Below, piece after piece: positions 61,294-64,000 of a stretch of 64,000 nt of DNA (positions are counted from its first letter, which is position 1; each line of letters starts with the position of its first letter). The translations under genes and the position numbers were made by a program. The notes under the pieces were generated by a model, which worked only from the letters and a program-made list of their open reading frames with translations, was not told the DNA's origin and ran no database searches. The DNA is taken from contig OZ193910.1 in assembly GCA_964276515.1 (NCBI GenBank), forward strand, positions 2,914,001 through 2,978,000, in the 5' to 3' direction. This stretch comes from Gordius albopunctatus (taxonomy: Eukaryota).

Positions 61294-62900
61294 GTAGATA
61301 AAGATTAACCAATTGCTGACCTAGAAATAAAATTTGAATTTGAACCATATGATTTTAAGAATATTTTGAAATCATCGCAGGATAAATGTCTTCAGAATAT
61401 TGCAAATAAATTTCCTATGTAATGTTTAATGCCTTATGTGTTTGTATATATTCATTGAGTAAATTAAAAAACTAATTATTAAGAATATTTAAAATTCTAT
61501 CTCAATTCTTTTTCTCGTTACTGTATGTGTGGCAAGATTAAATATTATCAAATAATAAATCTCTCCAATTTATTTCTTGCAAAAATATTCATCATCATAA
61601 TTTTTTCGAAATTGCCACCTATAACTAATACAGTTTTAAGCATTATTTTTAACGACTTTACGACTCTTTAACTATTTAATGTAATTCTTATAAATCCACA
61701 TAACGATAAGAATTCAGATTCTTAATCTCAAATTCAGTTTTAATTACCACTTTACTATACTTATAAAATAGTTAAAGATAAAATAAAACTTTATTATGTC
61801 CACTTTTTGATATTTAATTGCTAATCAATATCTATCCCCATTGATTTATAGAAGTTTAATAAATATTTCAGTTCCCTTTTTCCTACCTTTCGAGCAGACC
61901 AGAAATAACATAAAAAGCTTATGAATCGCATCTTTTAACAAATAAACGCTTAAATTTTTGATAGCCTTCACATAAATGTCAATATTTTATGATCTAATAA
62001 ATGTTATATTTTACTAACTTAATCGTGATGAAAATAAAGTATTTAGCGATTTGGAGAAAAGGCCCCAGGATTTTTTAAGGAAATTTCAGTGAGATCGTTT
62101 AAAATGAAAATTGTAGTAGAAGTTAAATAAATATGAAGTAAATAGAATAAATTTATGGGCTAATTAAAAATTAGTATTTTAGACAATATAATTCTATCTG
62201 AAAAATTATTTGTCTTATATGCTTGCAATTTTTATTTTGTTTAATTTTGTAACTTGTTTTTTATGTAGTTGCTTCCACAACATTATTTAAAACATGAAAT
62301 GAATTAAGGATTTTTTTTATTATATAGATATATAGTAGCAAGAGAATAAATGATCGAAAATATTTCTCTTTAATTTCGGAATGCTCCTTATATAATAATT
62401 AAACTTTGTTTTTTAATTTTTTTCTATTTTAAGAGACAGTTATTATTTGTATAATAAAAAAATGAGTTTATCATATTTACACTAGTAACAAATAATGTAA
62501 ATTTTTCGAGCAGCTCTTACTCATTCGTCCCCTTTCCTATTTTAGGTTTTAACGTTAGAAGGGTAAAAAAATTTCCAATAAAAATGTTTTATGTAAAACT
62601 GGAATTTGTTTATTATATATTATCTGTTCAACATCGCTGTTAGGTAAAAGAAAATATATCAAAAGATCCGAGTTTAACATACACTTGTAAAATATATTAA
62701 AATTTAGAATGAATATTAGAAAAAATTCGACCAAATTTGTTACGATTATCTTACCAGAAGATGCAAAATGTAGAAACGGACATTATAGCTAAACCTTAAC
62801 GGATCATAAATTTGAAGCTGACACTATAAATATAGACGTCGACATATTTTTATAATCAAATAGTAATAAAGGTATGTAGAAAAGGTGGGAAAATTACATC

Positions 62901-64000
62901 CTATTCCTTTGGCTTAGTGTTAGAGCTATTGGCAGCATCCGCTGTCATTTTACCAATGATTTCATTGATGCCCTTTATTAATTTAATATCTTTGACCTCG
63001 CTTACAATTTCCTGTTTTAATTTCGTCTTTTTTTCACCGTCGGATTTCAATCCATCGCTTATCACTGCTTCAATTGAATTGTCTGAATTGGCTTCTGTAC
63101 ACGAAACTTTGGATTCCGACTTAGGTAATACCTTTTCTTTTAGCTCTTTTAATATCTTAGTTGATTGAATGCTCGATTTGGGATTATCATTTTTATTATT
63201 AATCAATTTGTCCGTTAGTAAAATTTCCGATACCTTTTCAATAGATTTATTTTTCTCCTTCCTTTTCTTCTTAATTATGTGACATTTTTCCAAGATATAC
63301 CGCGGACCCTCCCAAAAAGTATAATCTACACTCTTTTTTTCATAAGCATTAAGTTTGTTCGATTCCACTTCGTATTGTGTCTTCTTTATCAACGTAGAAG
63401 TCTCATTAGATGAAGGTGCTATTGGAAAGTCTTTAGACGATTCAGTTGGAGACACCTTAAACTGAGCGTGTACGAGTGCTTGTGACTTAAGTCGTTTTAC
63501 CTCCTTCCTGTGCGCCCCGTATAAGACAAGGAGCCTGTATAATTCCAACATGATTATTAGAGAGTTTTTAGTGGTAAAAAAAATGCTCATTATGCTGTGT
63601 ACGTTATATCGCGTTATTAAGATAACTCTAAGGATTAGGAATGGAATGTCTTGGAAAATTAAATTGGAACTGACCCCCATGACGTCTATGAACATCTGAT
63701 ATCGTACCTTAACTAGTTTGGTATAAAAGATAGTTCCTAGTCGAGATTTTTTGGATTTTGAGGTTGTTAGGACAAATGTGAATTGCGCAAAACTCCAGGT
63801 CCATACTATTAATATGGCCATGCATAAGTTGCGATTTTTGTTGACCTCTTCTTCGTGAAAAGCTTCGAAAATTTCCATAATATCGGCTGCTGTTCCTATG
63901 TACACTAAGAGAATTTGTGATAGCTGATCTCTGCTGAGATCTCCCTTTGGCAATAACCAACGGCCTAGTATCAGCATAAAAACTATTAACTGCTCCAATG
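62901..64000 (-). CDS. TMEM26: TMEM26-family multi-pass membrane protein, 3' part (5' end outside the window)
   Basis: EQLIVFMLILGRWLLPKGDLSRDQLSQILLVYIGTAADIMEIF..ILIVWTWSFAQF..QDIPFLILRV..FFTTKNSLIIMLELYRL is the TMEM26 signature; the frame is open to the window edge. Confidence 0.9.
   Translation of the reverse strand, partial: LEQLIVFMLILGRWLLPKGDLSRDQLSQILLVYIGTAADIMEIFEAFHEEEVNKNRNLCMAILIVWTWSFAQFTFVLTTSKSKKSRLGTIFYTKLVKVRYQMFIDVMGVSSNLIFQDIPFLILRVILITRYNVHSIMSIFFTTKNSLIIMLELYRLLVLYGAHRKEVKRLKSQALVHAQFKVSPTESSKDFPIAPSSNETSTLIKKTQYEVESNKLNAYEKKSVDYTFWEGPRYILEKCHIIKKKRKEKNKSIEKVSEILLTDKLINNKNDNPKSSIQSTKILKELKEKVLPKSESKVSCTEANSDNSIEAVISDGLKSDGEKKTKLKQEIVSEVKDIKLIKGINEIIGKMTADAANSSNTKPKE

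Overview
AT-rich eukaryotic (invertebrate animal) genomic DNA, not prokaryotic; most entries in the ORF track are isolated exons or transposon artefacts. Splicing exons by hand (all GT-AG, phases consistent) gives seven protein-coding genes. (1) A ~666-aa single-pass receptor-like protein (83-10164, -): signal peptide, C-type lectin domain, seven 6-Cys EB-like modules, SEA-like domain, TM helix and a His/CxxC tail ending in a PDZ-type motif; the ORF track largely misses it. (2) An orphan ~215-aa coiled-coil protein (10802-12678, -). (3) A TJAP1/BEGAIN-family protein (13638-15730, -). (4) Protein-L-isoaspartate methyltransferase (31704-33051, +). (5) Kinesin light chain (41845-52129, +). (6) An AIFM3-like Rieske/FAD oxidoreductase (53315-61293, -). 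(7) The 3' part of a TMEM26-family gene (62901->64000, -). Intron sizes are bimodal (33-43 nt micro-introns versus MITE-filled introns of 0.1-2.4 kb), and exon GC/CpG content switches with them. Introns and intergenic DNA are packed with non-autonomous DNA transposons with readable target-site duplications (hAT, P-like, Mutator, PIF/Harbinger, piggyBac, pogo), CRE-like non-LTR retrotransposon fragments, an LTR-like insert, a Helentron/DINE-like tandem array carrying a tRNA-like segment, and Penelope-type hammerhead ribozyme motifs. Taxonomy (ecdysozoan, possibly nematoid) is inference only. No database searches were run; family assignments come from motif recognition.
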